A stretch of 63,658 nucleotides of DNA, counting the filler, from Octopus bimaculoides (Eukaryota), in assembly GCF_001194135.2 (NCBI RefSeq). It is 9 parts of 8 records of this genome, joined end to end, with 100 filler letters (N's around TTAATTAATTAA, not from the genome) between each part and the next. Parts side by side here need not be neighbours in the genome. Positions count along the whole stretch, not along the records: positions 22,957 to 27,005 come from NC_069005.1; positions 27,106 to 44,935 come from NW_026378465.1; 7 more parts are not named here. One strand, given 5' to 3'. Below, piece after piece: positions 25,858 to 38,699 of the stretch (within the stretch, counting starts at the first letter, position 1; the number at the start of each line of letters is the position of its first letter). The translations under genes and the position numbers were made by a program. A model generated the notes under the pieces. That model was given only the letters and a program-made list of their open reading frames with translations, had not been told where the DNA came from and ran no database searches.

Positions 25858-26942
25858 TAGTAGGCAGACAGACTAACAGACAGACAGACTAACAGACAGA
25901 CAAACAGACAGATGAAGACACCGACAGACGCAAAGCAGAATTAGATAAATTCAAACACATGAGGGATATGACAGATCAAAAACAAGGTGACAAAAGTAGT
26001 AACAGTAGTAGTAGTAGTAGGAAGTAGGTGTTGGTGGCAGTGAAGTCTGAGACGGTGTTAAACAAGAGGCGGAGGTGATGGTGGAGGCGGTTGTGGCGGT
26101 GGTGGTGGTGCTACGTCATCGAACAGTTTGCAAGTGGAGTCTGTCACATGTTAGTTTACCAATCAATAGGCTTTGATTTCGGAGTCTTACTGAGAATGGT
26201 TGGGGTTACTAGGAGAACTGTGTTAAGGCTTGTAGGGTAGAGGGGACACACAGACAGGACACATAAACACACGCCGAAACGCGTGCGCACGTTTTGTGCG
26301 CGCGCACTTACAAGGGCGCGATGTGCGCGCACACACACACACACACACATACACACACACAGCAAACACAGGCAAATACAAACATACGAGAAGAAACAAA
26401 CACACCTACGTGCGTATTTACACACACACATACACGTATACACACGCACATGCATACACACACACACACACAGACAGATAAATACGAACATACACGCGCA
26501 CACATACACACATACACGCGTACACAGGCAAACATGCATGGACACGTATACACGCATCGCACATACATAAACCTACACATACACGGACAAACACGAACAC
26601 AATGCATATATTCACAAGCACACACATGCGCTCGAACACATACAGATATACACACACAAACATAAAAAAGGCACACATACACACACATACGTGCACAGTC
26701 ATGCATACATAGACACATGCACACGTGCACACAAACACACAGACAGACAGTGAGGACGCGTCGATATAATTATGCAACGCCTACATAGATAGAAGCAATA
26801 ACAAGAAAAGCGATCGAGCGCCTACGTGTAATGTTACTAATCACTTTATACATACATACACACACACACACATACATACATACATACATACATACATACA
26901 CACATGCATGTGTGTATGCATGCATTTATGCATATTTGTATG

Positions 26943-26996
<54 letters not shown>

Positions 26997-27744
26997 CATA
27001 TATATNNNNNNNNNNNNNNNNNNNNNNNNNNNNNNNNNNNNNNNNNNNNTTAATTAATTAANNNNNNNNNNNNNNNNNNNNNNNNNNNNNNNNNNNNNNN
27101 NNNNNTATAGACACATACACACACACACACACTCACACAAACACTAATTTACCTTCCATGTTAAAATAAACAAACACACGTACATACATACTCTCAAACG
27201 TATATAAACTCATATATACACAAAGGCACACACACAGCCACACACACACACATACACTCTCGCATTTACGTCGCACATTTGTTAACAAACTTCCATACAT
27301 AAACATGTATACACAAACGCATACATATACGCCGAAAAGGAGAAAAAGAAATCTCATACGCATAGACGAGGATGGTGTTTGCTGTGGTGATGGTGGGAGT
27401 AGTAGTAGTAGTAGTAGTAGTAGTAGCAGCAATAATAGTAGTAGTTGTGATAATTGCGGTGTTGTTGTTATGGTAAGGAAGGTGGTGGTAATTGCTGTAG
27501 TTGTGGTGGTAGTGGCATTTGTAGTGGTTGTGGTGTGAATGCAGGGATGGTTGGGGCAACAGCAATAGTTTTCAACTGGTAAAGGTTGTAATATTACCTC
27601 TCCCCGAAGCGGAATCCTACTCCATGGGATATGATCAAGAGCCTTTAGTGGGCGTACATCTGCAGTAGTTACCCTTTATGGGTCTTATGTAGACCTTATA
27701 AGCATTCAACAGTTGGACAGGTTTCAAGTATGTAATTCCTGGCT

Positions 27745-27780
<36 letters not shown>

Positions 27781-28689
27781 GGCCGAAACTGCAAAGATAA
27801 TCTGGAACTTGACTGACGAAAGAAAACTCCGAATGACCTGTCCTTGTTGTTTTCATGTCCCTTTTTGCATTATCCAACTGTCTGGATGTTTTGTTGTCAC
27901 CTGTTGCATTGTTGTCCCATTTTTTACACACACACATATACACAGTAATCCCTCGTCACATCGGAGTTATGCAACATTGGCATAAACAATATCAAACACA
28001 CATAATTCATGGGTAGGCTGCACTTATAGGTGTAAGAGAATATATTCTCATCAATGCGCTTGGTGTTAAAATACCTGGAAGTCATAGACATGTGAGACAA
28101 CTTGCATCAGGTCTCATTCAAGAGTAACAGAGATTGGTGTTTTGTCATTTCTGTGACACATCAATACCATCTACTTAAAACGAGGCCCAATGTAAGCTAA
28201 ACCACTGTCTGTGATTATTTGTAAAATACTGTAAGAGCTATCTGCTGGGGTATCCCAATGTTTCGTGCCATGGAAAAAATTCAAATGTGAATTAGAAGCA
28301 GCTTGAGTGATATAAACAATATGGAACACACACATACAAGGCATCTGTTTTGCTAATTCGTGGCTGAGCTGCCCCTCTCAAAATTCTTTGTTTTGCAAGT
28401 TACTGTGTAGTAAGAAGAGTGCTTACTAACCACATGGTTCTGGGTTCAGTCCCTTTGTGTGGCACCTTGGGCAAGTGCCTTCTACTATAGCCTCGAGCTA
28501 AATTAAAACCAAAATGTTATTTTGGTTTTAATTTTTGTCTTGAACAAACGAAAGTGCTTATAAAGAATTATCCAGAATTCTGACTGCCACTTTTTTCTCA
28601 ATATACAATATTTGTACACCACTTCAAACACTCTATACATCTATCTATGTATGTATGTATGTATCTATTTATCTATATAGCCATGATTG

Positions 28690-28873
28690 AATGCTGGCCA
28701 CTAAACCCTTTTTTATTTTCTCTCTCTGCTTATTTCTGTGTTCCTTTCTGCTGAAGAGCGTAGGCTCAAAATGTAAAAGACTTTCTCACTTCCAGAGTGT
28801 GAAACTAATACATCTGTTTGTTGTTTACACACCCATCTTCGTCTTTTTTATTTCTTTTTTTTTTGTAAATTCC

Positions 28874-28880
<7 letters not shown>
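28690..28880 (+). mobile_element. Small dispersed element with a degenerate copy of the 23877 hammerhead (28743-28780)
   Basis: Shares ...actttctcacttcc.gag.gt.aaactaatacatc.. body with 23877-24005 and 32105-32285. Core CUGCUGA; GAAA and ACGU altered by CpG-type changes; ends in (TA)n. Confidence 0.7.
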
Positions 28881-28930
<50 letters not shown>

Positions 28931-29361
28931 GGTGCATGTGTGTTTGTATAATGGTGTATATATAATGATGCCTGTCTGTGTATATAATGATGTATATAAT
29001 GATGTATATAACTATAATGGTGCATGTGTGTCTATAATGGTGTATATATACAATGGCATGTGTATAATGGTGCATATAAAGGTGTGTGTGTGTGTGTGTG
29101 TATGTATATACACACAAATAATTTGTGTGTGTGTGTGTGAAGTGATGATTGTGGTTTTGTCACGATGTAATTGTGTCTTAGTTTCTACTCAGAGCCCCTG
29201 GTCAAATGTCCGAACAAACAAGTTGGAAATGTATAATTATCATTGTCGTTAGTTAATGACTGTTAATTAGTATTGCATGTTGGACAGATAGTAATAAACT
29301 ATCCTTCACCACTGTGCTTCTTTTATTCAGCTTAATGATGCCAGGTCTAATTAATGGTTAC

Positions 29362-30558
29362 AAGTTTTGGTACAGGACCGGCAGTTTTGAACAGGGTGGG
29401 AGCTAGTTGATTGCATCAGCCCTAGTACTTAAGTGGTGCTTATTTTATTGACCCAGAAAGGATGAAAGGCAGATGTCGACCCTGGTGGCATTTGAACTCA
29501 GAATATAAAAATGGACAGAATGCCGCTAAGCATTTTTGTCTGATGTGCTAACAATTCTGCCAACTCGCTGCCTTTCTACTATAGGAACATGACCTGAAAT
29601 GTGGAGAAGGGGCTAGTTGATTACATCAGCCCCAGTGCCCAACTGGTACTTATTTTATTGGGCCCTGAAAGGATGAAAGCCAAAGTCAGCCCTGACGGCA
29701 TTTGAACTCAACATAAAGACAGTGCTAATGAATCTGCTTGCTCACCACCTTTCTAATATAAACACAAGGCCTGAAATTTAGGAAGAAGGGGCTAGTTGAT
29801 TAAATCAACCCCCAGTGCTCAATTGATACTTATTTTGTTGACCCAGAAAGGATAAAAGCCCTGCTGGAATTAGAGCTCAGAATGTAAAGACTGCTGAAAT
29901 GTTGCTAAGCATTTTTCCTGGTGTGCTAAATGATTCTGCCAGTTCACCAATTTCCACTATAAACACAAGGCCTGGAATTTGGGAAAAAGGAGCTAGTTGA
30001 TTATATCAACCCCAGTTCTCAACTGGTTACTTATTTTATTAACCCCCACAAAAGGATGAAAGGCAAAGTTGACCTTGACAGAATTTGAACTCAACGCTTA
30101 AAGTTGGATGAAATGTCACTGAACATTTTACCTGTTGTGCTAATGATTCTACCAGCTCACTGCCTTTCTCCTATAAACACAAGGCCTGAAATTTAGGAAG
30201 AAGGGGCTAGTTGATTACGTCAACCCCAGTGCTCAGCTGGTACTTATTTTGTTGGCCCCTGAAAGGACGAAAGGCAAAAGTCGAACCTGGTAGAATTTGA
30301 ACACAACATAAAGACAGTGCTAATGATTCTACCAGCTCACTGCCTTTCTCCTATAAACACAAGGCCTGAAATTTAGGCAGAAGGGGCTAGTTGATTACGT
30401 CAACCCCAGTGCTCAACTGGTACTTATTTTGTTGGCCCCTGAAAGAATGAAAGGCAAAAGTCGAACCGGGTAGAATTTGAACACAATATGTAAAGAGTAG
30501 AGAGAAATTCTACTAAGCATTTTGCCTGGTGTGTTGATCATTCTGCTAGTTTGCCATT
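29362..30558 (-). repeat. Head-to-tail array of six family-2 tRNA-SINE copies
   Basis: Recurring gctagttgatta..caaccccagtgctcaactggtacttatttt...gaatttgaac units joined by a ctttct.ctataaa linker. Blocks at 30137 and 30317 are near-identical at 180-bp spacing. Confidence 0.9.
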
Positions 30559-31679
30559 TTAAATACTGTCTCTAATTAATGCTAATTATTATGCTGTAAT
30601 TTGCTGTGTCCTCAGTGTCTATGGAGGCAGAGTACCAATTGACACTACCATTGTCTGAGCTGGGTAGCTGTGATAATTGCTTCTGGCAAATCAACCTGAC
30701 TTCTTATATTAGTACCAGTGTTGCTCTAGAGAATAAAGATCCTCTCCAAGTCATGTCAGTTGATAGATCAGTTTCTTGGTTTCCATGGGGCTTATATTCT
30801 CTGCCTGGAAATCGGTAAATTGGCAGAATCAATAACATGCTAGGCAAAATGTTTAGTGGCATTTAGCCATCTTTAGGTTCTGAGTTCAAATTCTGCCAAG
30901 GTCGACTATGTCTTTCATCCTTTCATGGTCGATGCAATAAGTACCAGTCAAGTACTGGAGTCAATGTAATTGACATAACCCCTCCCCAGAAATTGCTGGC
31001 CTTGTGCCAGAATTTGGAACTTATATTCTTCACTACTAAGCCATGCACCTTCACATCCAGGCATTGAAGAGAGTCTGTTTCTGGAGTGAAATGAAGTGTT
31101 TTGCCCAAGAACACAATGTGTGGCCTGATCCAGGAATTGAAACCACAATCTTACAATCATGAATCCAACACCCTAACCACTAAGCCATGTGCTTTACTTT
31201 CACTGTTGTTGTGGTGAGGATATCTGGAACCACTTCTATTTCTCGTTATCTTCCCTACCCACACCGTTTCCATTGGTCACCTCCTTTCTGTGCCTTCAGC
31301 TATTGCTCTCTCTCCCCTCAGCTGTAATGCATTTTTAACCCCTCTCTTATCTGTTATCACTTACTCATCCTGTCCAATCCTCTCCGCCACATCATTTATA
31401 TTCAACCCCATCCTCTGCACCTTGAAGGTATGTCACAACATGTCTCCAACACTCTGTGTGTCTTTCTTTTTCACTTTCTATCTAACTACCTCTCTCTGCC
31501 CCTCTCTTGCACTTTCTCTCCGACTCTCTCACATTTTCTCCAACTATCCCTCCCTCTCTCTCGCATATTCAACTGGTACCTAATTTATCAGCCCTGAAAG
31601 GATGAAGGGCAAAGTTGACCTCAGTGGAATTTGAGCTCAGAACGTAAAGACATAAAATGCTGCTAAGCATTCTGTCTGA

Positions 31680-32030
31680 CATGTTATAGTAGCTGCTTTA
31701 CAAGCAAAATCATTGCTAGAAAGAATCTTTGAAACGAGACATTGATAATGAAATGCGAGGCCTTTATATGGCTCTTGAGCTCTGCCAAAGATTTGCATAT
31801 TCCATTGCATAACACACAGTTGTGCTGGCTGGCAGAAGGAATAGGTGCCACAGTATGAAGTCTTTTGACATGCCTTTTCATTTCTCCAACTGAAAGGCAC
31901 ACCCTTTCCACAAGTGGCAAGTGTTCTGTTGTGAATAATAGCCATATCACAATTTACAACGAGTTGATTCCTGTGCATTCTCTGATGGCTGACCACGCCT
32001 GCACCACTCAAGCATTTCCTCTTACAAATC
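31680..32030 (-). pseudogene. Second, more degenerate copy of the C2H2-finger LINE C-terminus
   Basis: Frameshifted pieces ...RVCLSVGEMKRH... and HNCVLCNGICKSLAELKSHIKASH. Confidence 0.55.
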
Positions 32031-32104
32031 ACACGAGTAAAAAACAACTCTCCTTCATTTTCTATTGGTCCATTCTCTCTCTCTCTCTCTCTCTCTCTAT
32101 CGCT

Positions 32105-32285
32105 AGCCACTAAACCTTTTTCTATTTTCTCTCCTTGTTTATTTCTGTGTTCCTTTCTGTTGAAGAGCATTGACTCGATACATGAAAGACTTCCTCACTT
32201 CCCGAGTGTTAAACTAATACATCTGTTTGTTGTTTACACACCCGTCTTCGTCTTTTGTTTTTTTTGTAAATTCTCACTATATATA
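32105..32285 (+). mobile_element. Third copy of the same hammerhead-bearing element (degenerate motif 32152-32189)
   Basis: ccactaaacc...cctttCTGTTGAagagcattgactcGATAcatgaaagac...gttaaactaatacatctg; ends in (TA)n before a gap. Confidence 0.7.
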
Positions 32286-32494
32286 TNNNNNNNNNNNNNN
32301 NNNNNNNNNNNNNNNNNNNNNNNNNNNNNNNNNNNNNNNNNNNNNNNNNNNNNTTTCATAGAAAACTATGTAATCGTTACCAATATAGCAGGAGATTTCA
32401 CCGCAAAATAGTCTAAATTAGACTCAAATTACATTAATAATGGATATTAGCGTCAAATCTCTCTTAAATTAAAAAATTTAAAACTTTGGATACA

Positions 32495-32528
<34 letters not shown>

Positions 32529-33192
32529 TATATATGCATACACAAACACATAACCTATATATAGACACATAAATACATACATACATACACAGGTTGTCAT
32601 CGACTTACCACCTATCCACCTATCCGACTTATGACTGTTCAACTTTATGACGATTGGTGTGCCAATCCCAGCAGCAGTAATAAATAGTCCACTTGAAATC
32701 TAATGGGTTTAATTTCTTGGAAATTAATCCATTTACAGACGATGTCAACTAACAAACACTTTGTCTAAGTTTGGTTATCGATTGCCTCTGTGGTTATCCC
32801 AAGTGTTGGATGAATGTCCTGTCACAACTGCGTGGACTCTGAAATTTTTGACTAATGCCAGTACGATAGTATAATACAGAATGCTGTGTGTGACTTTTAC
32901 CTGAGAATGTACCTTAAGGATGTGAAAATTTAAGACAAATCTATGTAGGCTTATAGGCCAACTTATGACCAGTCCATGACGACCTGTGTATAAAATCATT
33001 GTTTTAACATGTACTTTTCCTTGCTTACATAGGTCACGAAGAATTTATGGAGACAGATTTTCTACAGTTGGATGTCCTTCCAGTCACCAACTCTCACCTG
33101 TTTCCATTCTTACATGGCAGTTACACTTGTCAAGTGTCAAGACTCATTGTCAAGACAAGGACAAACAAACACACATGCACACATATAAAGAT

Positions 33193-33230
<38 letters not shown>

Positions 33231-33546
33231 GACAGACTTCTTTCAGTTTCCATCTGTCAAATCCACTCACAAGTATTTGGTTAGCCTACAGCTATAGTAG
33301 AAAACATTTGCTGAAGGTGACGTGCAGTGGGAATGAACCCGTAACTATGTGGCTGAGAAGCAAACTTCTTAACGCCCTCCCTCCCATACACATGAATGTG
33401 TGTGTGTGTGTGTGTGTGTACAGGCATAAAATTATTCTTTCTCTGTAGGAATACTTTAATCCAGTATTTCCAACCTGTTTTACCCCAGACCCCACTGTAA
33501 CTGTCCAGAAAAATGTATACCCCACTAGTGTTTGGGGAAAAAAAAC

Positions 33547-33690
33547 AACTCTATTCTTAATACATTATTTACATTTGACAGATATTTGTCATCATCTTGT
33601 TTGTTGTTAACACAACGTTTCAGCTGATATACCCTCCACCCTTCATCAGGTGTCTTGCAGAAATTTCGAACCTGGTTTCTCATTCCTAAG

Positions 33691-33726
<36 letters not shown>

Positions 33727-33876
33727 TCACTGCCTGGAATCAAACTCGGAATCTTGGGGTTAGTAGCCTGCGCTCTTAACCACTATACCATATGCCCAAC
33801 AAGATGAGGACAAATATCCATCAAATGTAAATAATGTAAATAATGTACATAATTCCTCATCTCTTAAATATAGAAC
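33547..33876 (-). mobile_element. tRNA-headed, hammerhead-tailed element with inverted terminal duplication
   Basis: Minus strand: tRNA-like head 33797-33722 (A box TGGTATAGTGG, B box GAGTTTGATTCC), (AAT)~10, hammerhead 33653-33610. 41-bp inverted repeat at 33561-33601/33798-33838 with 3 mismatches. Confidence 0.75.
33610..33653 (-). ncRNA. Minimal type I hammerhead motif (canonical CUGAUGA core)
   Basis: Minus strand ACAC | CUGAUGA | AGGGUGGAGGGUAUAUCAGCU | GAA | ACGU | U^ | GUGU. Stem I ACAC/GUGU and palindromic ACGU stem III; stem II is partly mismatched in this copy. Confidence 0.65.
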
Positions 33877-34220
33877 TCTGTTTTGAATATTTCATTTGAA
33901 AAAGGCAGCAAGCGGGCAGAAATGTTAGCATGCTGGGCAAAAAGTTTATGAGTTCAAATACCAGCTAAGTCAACCTAGTCTTTTTTCCTTCCAGGGTCGA
34001 TAAAATAAATACCAGTTGAGCAGTGGGGTTGATGTAATTGGACTTAACCTGTCCCTGTAAATTGCTGGCATTGTGCCAAAATTTGAAAGTAGTGTTTTAT
34101 CACATTAGAATAGTGCTATACTGTAGCTATCAGTCTCGACACAGTATGCTTGGCTGGAGGGATTGGTTCAACTAGGCTGAGTATACATATAGTTTGTTTG
34201 CTGTGAATAAAAGGTTTTCT

Positions 34221-34632
34221 CAGGAGTGGCTGTGTGGTAAGTAGCTTGCTTACCAACCACATGGTTCCGGGTTCATTCCTACTGCGTGGCACCTTGGGCA
34301 AGTGTCTTTTACTATAGCCTCGGGCTGACCAAAGCCTTGTGAGTGAATTTGGTAGACGGAAACTGAAAGAAGCCTGTCGTATATATGTATATATATATAT
34401 ATATATATGTATGTCTGTGTTTGTGTGTCTGTGTTTATCCCCCCCAACATCGCTTGACAACCAATGCTGGTGTGTTTACGTCCCCGTAACATAGCGGTTC
34501 GGCAAAAGAGACCGATAGAATAAGTACTAGGCTTCCAAAGAATAAGTCCTGGGGTTGATTTGCTCGACTAAAAGGCGGTGCTCCAGCATGGCCGCAGTCA
34601 AATGACTGAAACAAGTAAAAGAGTAAAAGAGT
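34221..34632 (+). mobile_element. tRNA-derived SINE family 1 (CORE-like), full-length copy
   Basis: A box TGGCTGTGTGG, B box GGGTTCATTCC, CORE-like accttgggcaagtgtc, internal (TA)/(TG) tract, GAGTAAAA tail. Relatives at about 9040-9255, 25430-25610, 33230-33370, 42385-42715, 45225-45360 and 56050-56325. Confidence 0.9.
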
Positions 34633-34979
34633 ATCCCACTAAAAGAAAAAAAGAAAAACCATTTTCCCAGGCTTCACCGGTGGGGCATATTCCTTACATT
34701 AGTAACCACAGCTCCAATAGTTTCATAACTGCACTCTTCATATCAGGAAGGTAATTTAATGAGGAAGATATTTTTGAATATGTGTTTTTATTGGTTTGAT
34801 TGGTTGACTGCAGGAATGTGACGGTTGAATGTGAGCTGCCATATATGAATTGTGGCTAACAAAGCATGAAATATGAGTGGGATATGACAATATTTAAACT
34901 GTTGATAGGACTCCGGGACAATATTTAAACTGTTGATATTCTTTCATGCGTATCATTACATTTAAATATTGATATATTG

Positions 34980-35360
34980 TGGAGGCGCAGTGGCCCAGTG
35001 GTTAGGGCAGCAGACTCGCGGTCATAGGATCACAGTTTCGATTCCCAGGCCGGGCGTTGTGAGTGTTTATTGAGCGAAAACGCCTAAAGCTCCACGAGGC
35101 TCCGACAGGGGATGGTGGCGAACCCTGCTGTACTCTTCCACCACAACTTTCTCTCACTCTTACTTCCTGTTTCTGTTGTACCTGTAATTCAAAGGGACCA
35201 GCCTTGTCACACTGTGTCATGCTGAATATCCCCGAGAACTACGTTAAGGGTACACGTGTCTGTGGAGTGCTCAGCCACTTGCACGTTAATTTAACAAGCA
35301 GGCTGTTCCGTTGATCGAATCAACTGGAACCCTCGACGTCGTAAGCGATGGAGTGCCAAC
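34980..35360 (+). mobile_element. tRNA-derived SINE family 3
   Basis: A box TGGCCCAGTGG, B-box-like GTTTCGATTCC; 3' part aactacgttaagggtacacg...gatggagtgcc shared with 17020-17335 and 24505-24723. Confidence 0.8.
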
Positions 35361-37379
35361 AAAAAAAGTTATAGACATTCGTGTAGCCATCGATATTATT
35401 CAACTTTCATGAGTAAATTTGAATTCGAACTTGCATAGTAACATTTTCTATAGTACAACAATATATTGCCACTTAGTTATAATTTAAAAAATAAAAAAAC
35501 TCCCACCAGCCCTCTTAATAATTTCCATAATCCATATGCTTCTTATATAAAACATTAATTAATACTTGCAAAACCATTTAATACATTTCTAGCGCAAACG
35601 CTATTCTTTTCTTTTTCCCTGATGATGGGGGGGGGGGCATTCTTTGGAAGTGAATCGTAAGATTCACATGTACTCTTTGAATGTACTCTAGAAACCATCA
35701 TTGGAATACTTCATTTCCTTTAAATATGGTACCAAAAACTCTATTACTCCCTCCATTCCATAATTCATTTTGAATTTTTTTTAAAAATGTCTATATTTCA
35801 TTATTCTTATCTATATTTTTATCTATACTCTCTTATGTTTATTTATCTATATATTTATTTACCCTCGCATATTTTTAACATTCATATATTTTTCTATATC
35901 TTTATATTCTGAATGTATTAATAAATCTTTTAGACAACTCTATCATATTAAGTCCGTATATGTATTCACCAACCATAGTCTGCCTGAGTCGAACCTCTTC
36001 TTTGTATCACTTGTACTTGTCTAGCATTATATTTATATATGCACTCAGAGACATACCCTCCTATCACCAACCACTCTGCTGATTGGGCTGAGTGCTTTTT
36101 ACGTAGCCCTCGCACAGGCGAGGTGGTCAGTTTTGGCATGGTTTTGGCATGGGGGTCACCAAGTGACTTTGTAAGACAAAGAGTCTTTGAGAGGGGAGGG
36201 GGCATTGGAGGAGGTGATCTTGTGTCAGATGATGAAAAATTAGTGTGTGACGGACGGAGTACATTATTGAAATCTCTAAGCAACAAGATATTGCTAGATT
36301 AATTCAAAACAATGTAAATAAACCAACATTAGATTTGACAGAGCAATCTGAATACTAGAGGTTTAAAGCAGGAAGCTTGTACCATAGAAGGAAGGAGTAA
36401 CTTCAGATGGCTGGTTGACGGTATTGTCAACTGAGTTGTCAATATTTTCTGACATACTTCTGTCTCCTGATCTACTTTGACACAGCATAAAGACATATGT
36501 TCAAAAATCAATTGTTCACCAAATTTTTATAGATCTTGGAGTGTGATAGTGATTGTGGTGGTGATGGGAGTCTTTTTATATTTCATTTTTAATTGCATTT
36601 TTAAGTATTCGGGATAGGTGACAAGTTAATGTCACTTTGACATATATCATCATCATCATTTTAATGTCAACTTTTCCAATGATTGCATGCATCAGACATA
36701 GTTTATTTGAGGTAGGTTTTTTTCTACACCTGGATGCCCTTCCTGCCATCAACCCTCACCTGTTTCCAAGCAAGGTAATACTTCTCCATGCCCAGATAGG
36801 TTCTCACAGAATATTGGAAATGAATGACAATGGCAATCATTTTATACCTATCACGCAATGTCAAGACAAGGAGATAAACATACATATACACATACATTAG
36901 AATAATAATATAGATTTAATCAAAAGATTAAATGTGGTACTTAAAATGTTTGTGACACCAGAATTTGGTAGGGTAAAAACCAAAAACAAAATCAAGAGAT
37001 TTGGTGAATAAAATTTGAAGAAAAGCAACAAAAATTCAATAGGTTATAGCAGTACGTACGTTTCGTACAAACTTCATTTATTCATGTAGTGAGAACACCA
37101 CATAAAATGTGCAATGAAAATGTACTCCTCAGCTGCATAATGGAAGTTCATTTCAGAAAGTCATTTTGTAAATGTGTGCAAATACAAGAGTAGGAGATGT
37201 TTTCTTCAAATACTTACATACATTAAATATATTGCAGTATTTCCTGGTGATCTGTTGTGGTCAAGCATTTAAATGCACTGGATACAACTATTGCTGGGCT
37301 TCAAACAACCATAATAGTAAAACACACGTAAAAACTTTAATATAAACTTGTGTTTATTCTTATTTTTCATATGTATGTA

Positions 37380-37420
<41 letters not shown>

Positions 37421-38318
37421 GTGTATTTCTTCTATCTTAATGAATAAAAATTCTTCTGATAGAATAAATGGGTTAATAGAAACCAATGTAGCAAAGAACA
37501 CAAAATAACTGTGGTTTAGTTCCTGTTTTTAAGGCAGGAACTCCTTTAAATTTTGGGTATTTGAGTATATTTAAGAATTTAAGGATTGGAGAAAACGCAT
37601 GTTATAATTGCATACTTTATTCCTNNNNNNNNNNNNNNNNNNNNNNNNNNNNNNNNNNNNNNNNNNNNNNNNNNNNNNNNNNNNNNNNNNNNNNNNNNNN
37701 NNNNNNNNNNNNNNNNNNNNNNNNNNNNNNNNNNNNNNNNNNNNNNNNNNNNNNNNNNNNNNNNNNNNNNNNNNNNNNNNNNNNNNNNNNNNNNNNNNNN
37801 NNNNNNNNNNNNNNNNNNNNNNNNNNNNNNNNNNNNNNNNNNNNNNNNNNNNNNNNNNNNNNNNNNNNNNNNNNNNNNNNNNNNNNNNNNNNNNNNNNNN
37901 NNNNNNNNNNNNNNNNNNNNNNNNNNNNNNNNNNNNNNNNNNNNNNNNNNNNNNNNNNNNNNNNNNNNNNNNNACTCTCTTCTATTGTTGAGGCCAAAAT
38001 CAACAATAAAAGGGAGTTGCAGGAAGCTAGCTGGTTGCTATAGCAACACCCTTCTGTGCATGTCCACTCCACACATGCAGATCAGCAACAATCAGCAATT
38101 TCTTGCAAATGGGGTCATAACCCCGAAATATTGAATACAAGGTAAGTCTACATTAATTCACATATTTGTTTTCTTGTGATTTACCTTATATTTACTTGGC
38201 ACTGTTTTGGCCTTACCCATAATCTTTTATACAATATATTCTACACAATACTTCACAGTAATATGTATATATATGGTGGTTTTCTACTCCTTGTGCAGAA
38301 TTTGACCACCTCCTGTAC

Positions 38319-38699
38319 CTAAACCTTAGAACCAGCATGGCATCTGATGTAGTTTTTAAAACCAGATAATATTTTGAAAAGACACCCGCATAGACTGTAT
38401 ATCCAATTTGGCCCACTGAGAGCTGCAGATAAGTTCTGATCTTTGTGGATCTTAAAATGTCTTTTGAGGCCTCCATTAGATTTGCAGACCTTCTGACATA
38501 CATTGCATTGAAAGGTGTGCGCAGACATATCAGCAGAATAGTTGGTGGAGGTTCGTTTTCCATGGGTTTGCGGATGAGATTTGAGCCCAGCAAAAGAAAG
38601 GCATGGTCTGTCACAAACTGTGCACACAAAAAGGTCATTGTGATTCACCCTCTTGCTCATAACATTCTTCCTTAAATCTCTTTTGACCCTTGCATGCAT
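38319..38699 (-). pseudogene. Probable LINE (RTE-like) ORF C-terminus with tandem C2H2 zinc fingers
   Basis: FVCTVCDRPCLSFAGLKSHPQTH and FQCNVCQKVCKSNGGLKRHFKIH plus a decayed third finger. Truncated by a gap; related to 31680-32030. Confidence 0.6.

Noticed and set aside
29362-30558. CRISPR-like repeat/spacer array
   Set aside because: Units are whole ~180-210-bp SINE monomers without unique spacers, in a eukaryotic context with no cas genes.
33722-33797. A bona fide tRNA gene
   Set aside because: No complete acceptor stem, decayed B box, and embedded in a composite element; treated as a SINE head.
37052-37080. Minus-strand ATGAAG-TTTGT-ACGAAACGTA hammerhead-like string
   Set aside because: Core lacks CUG, stem II is 2 bp and there is no stem I partner.
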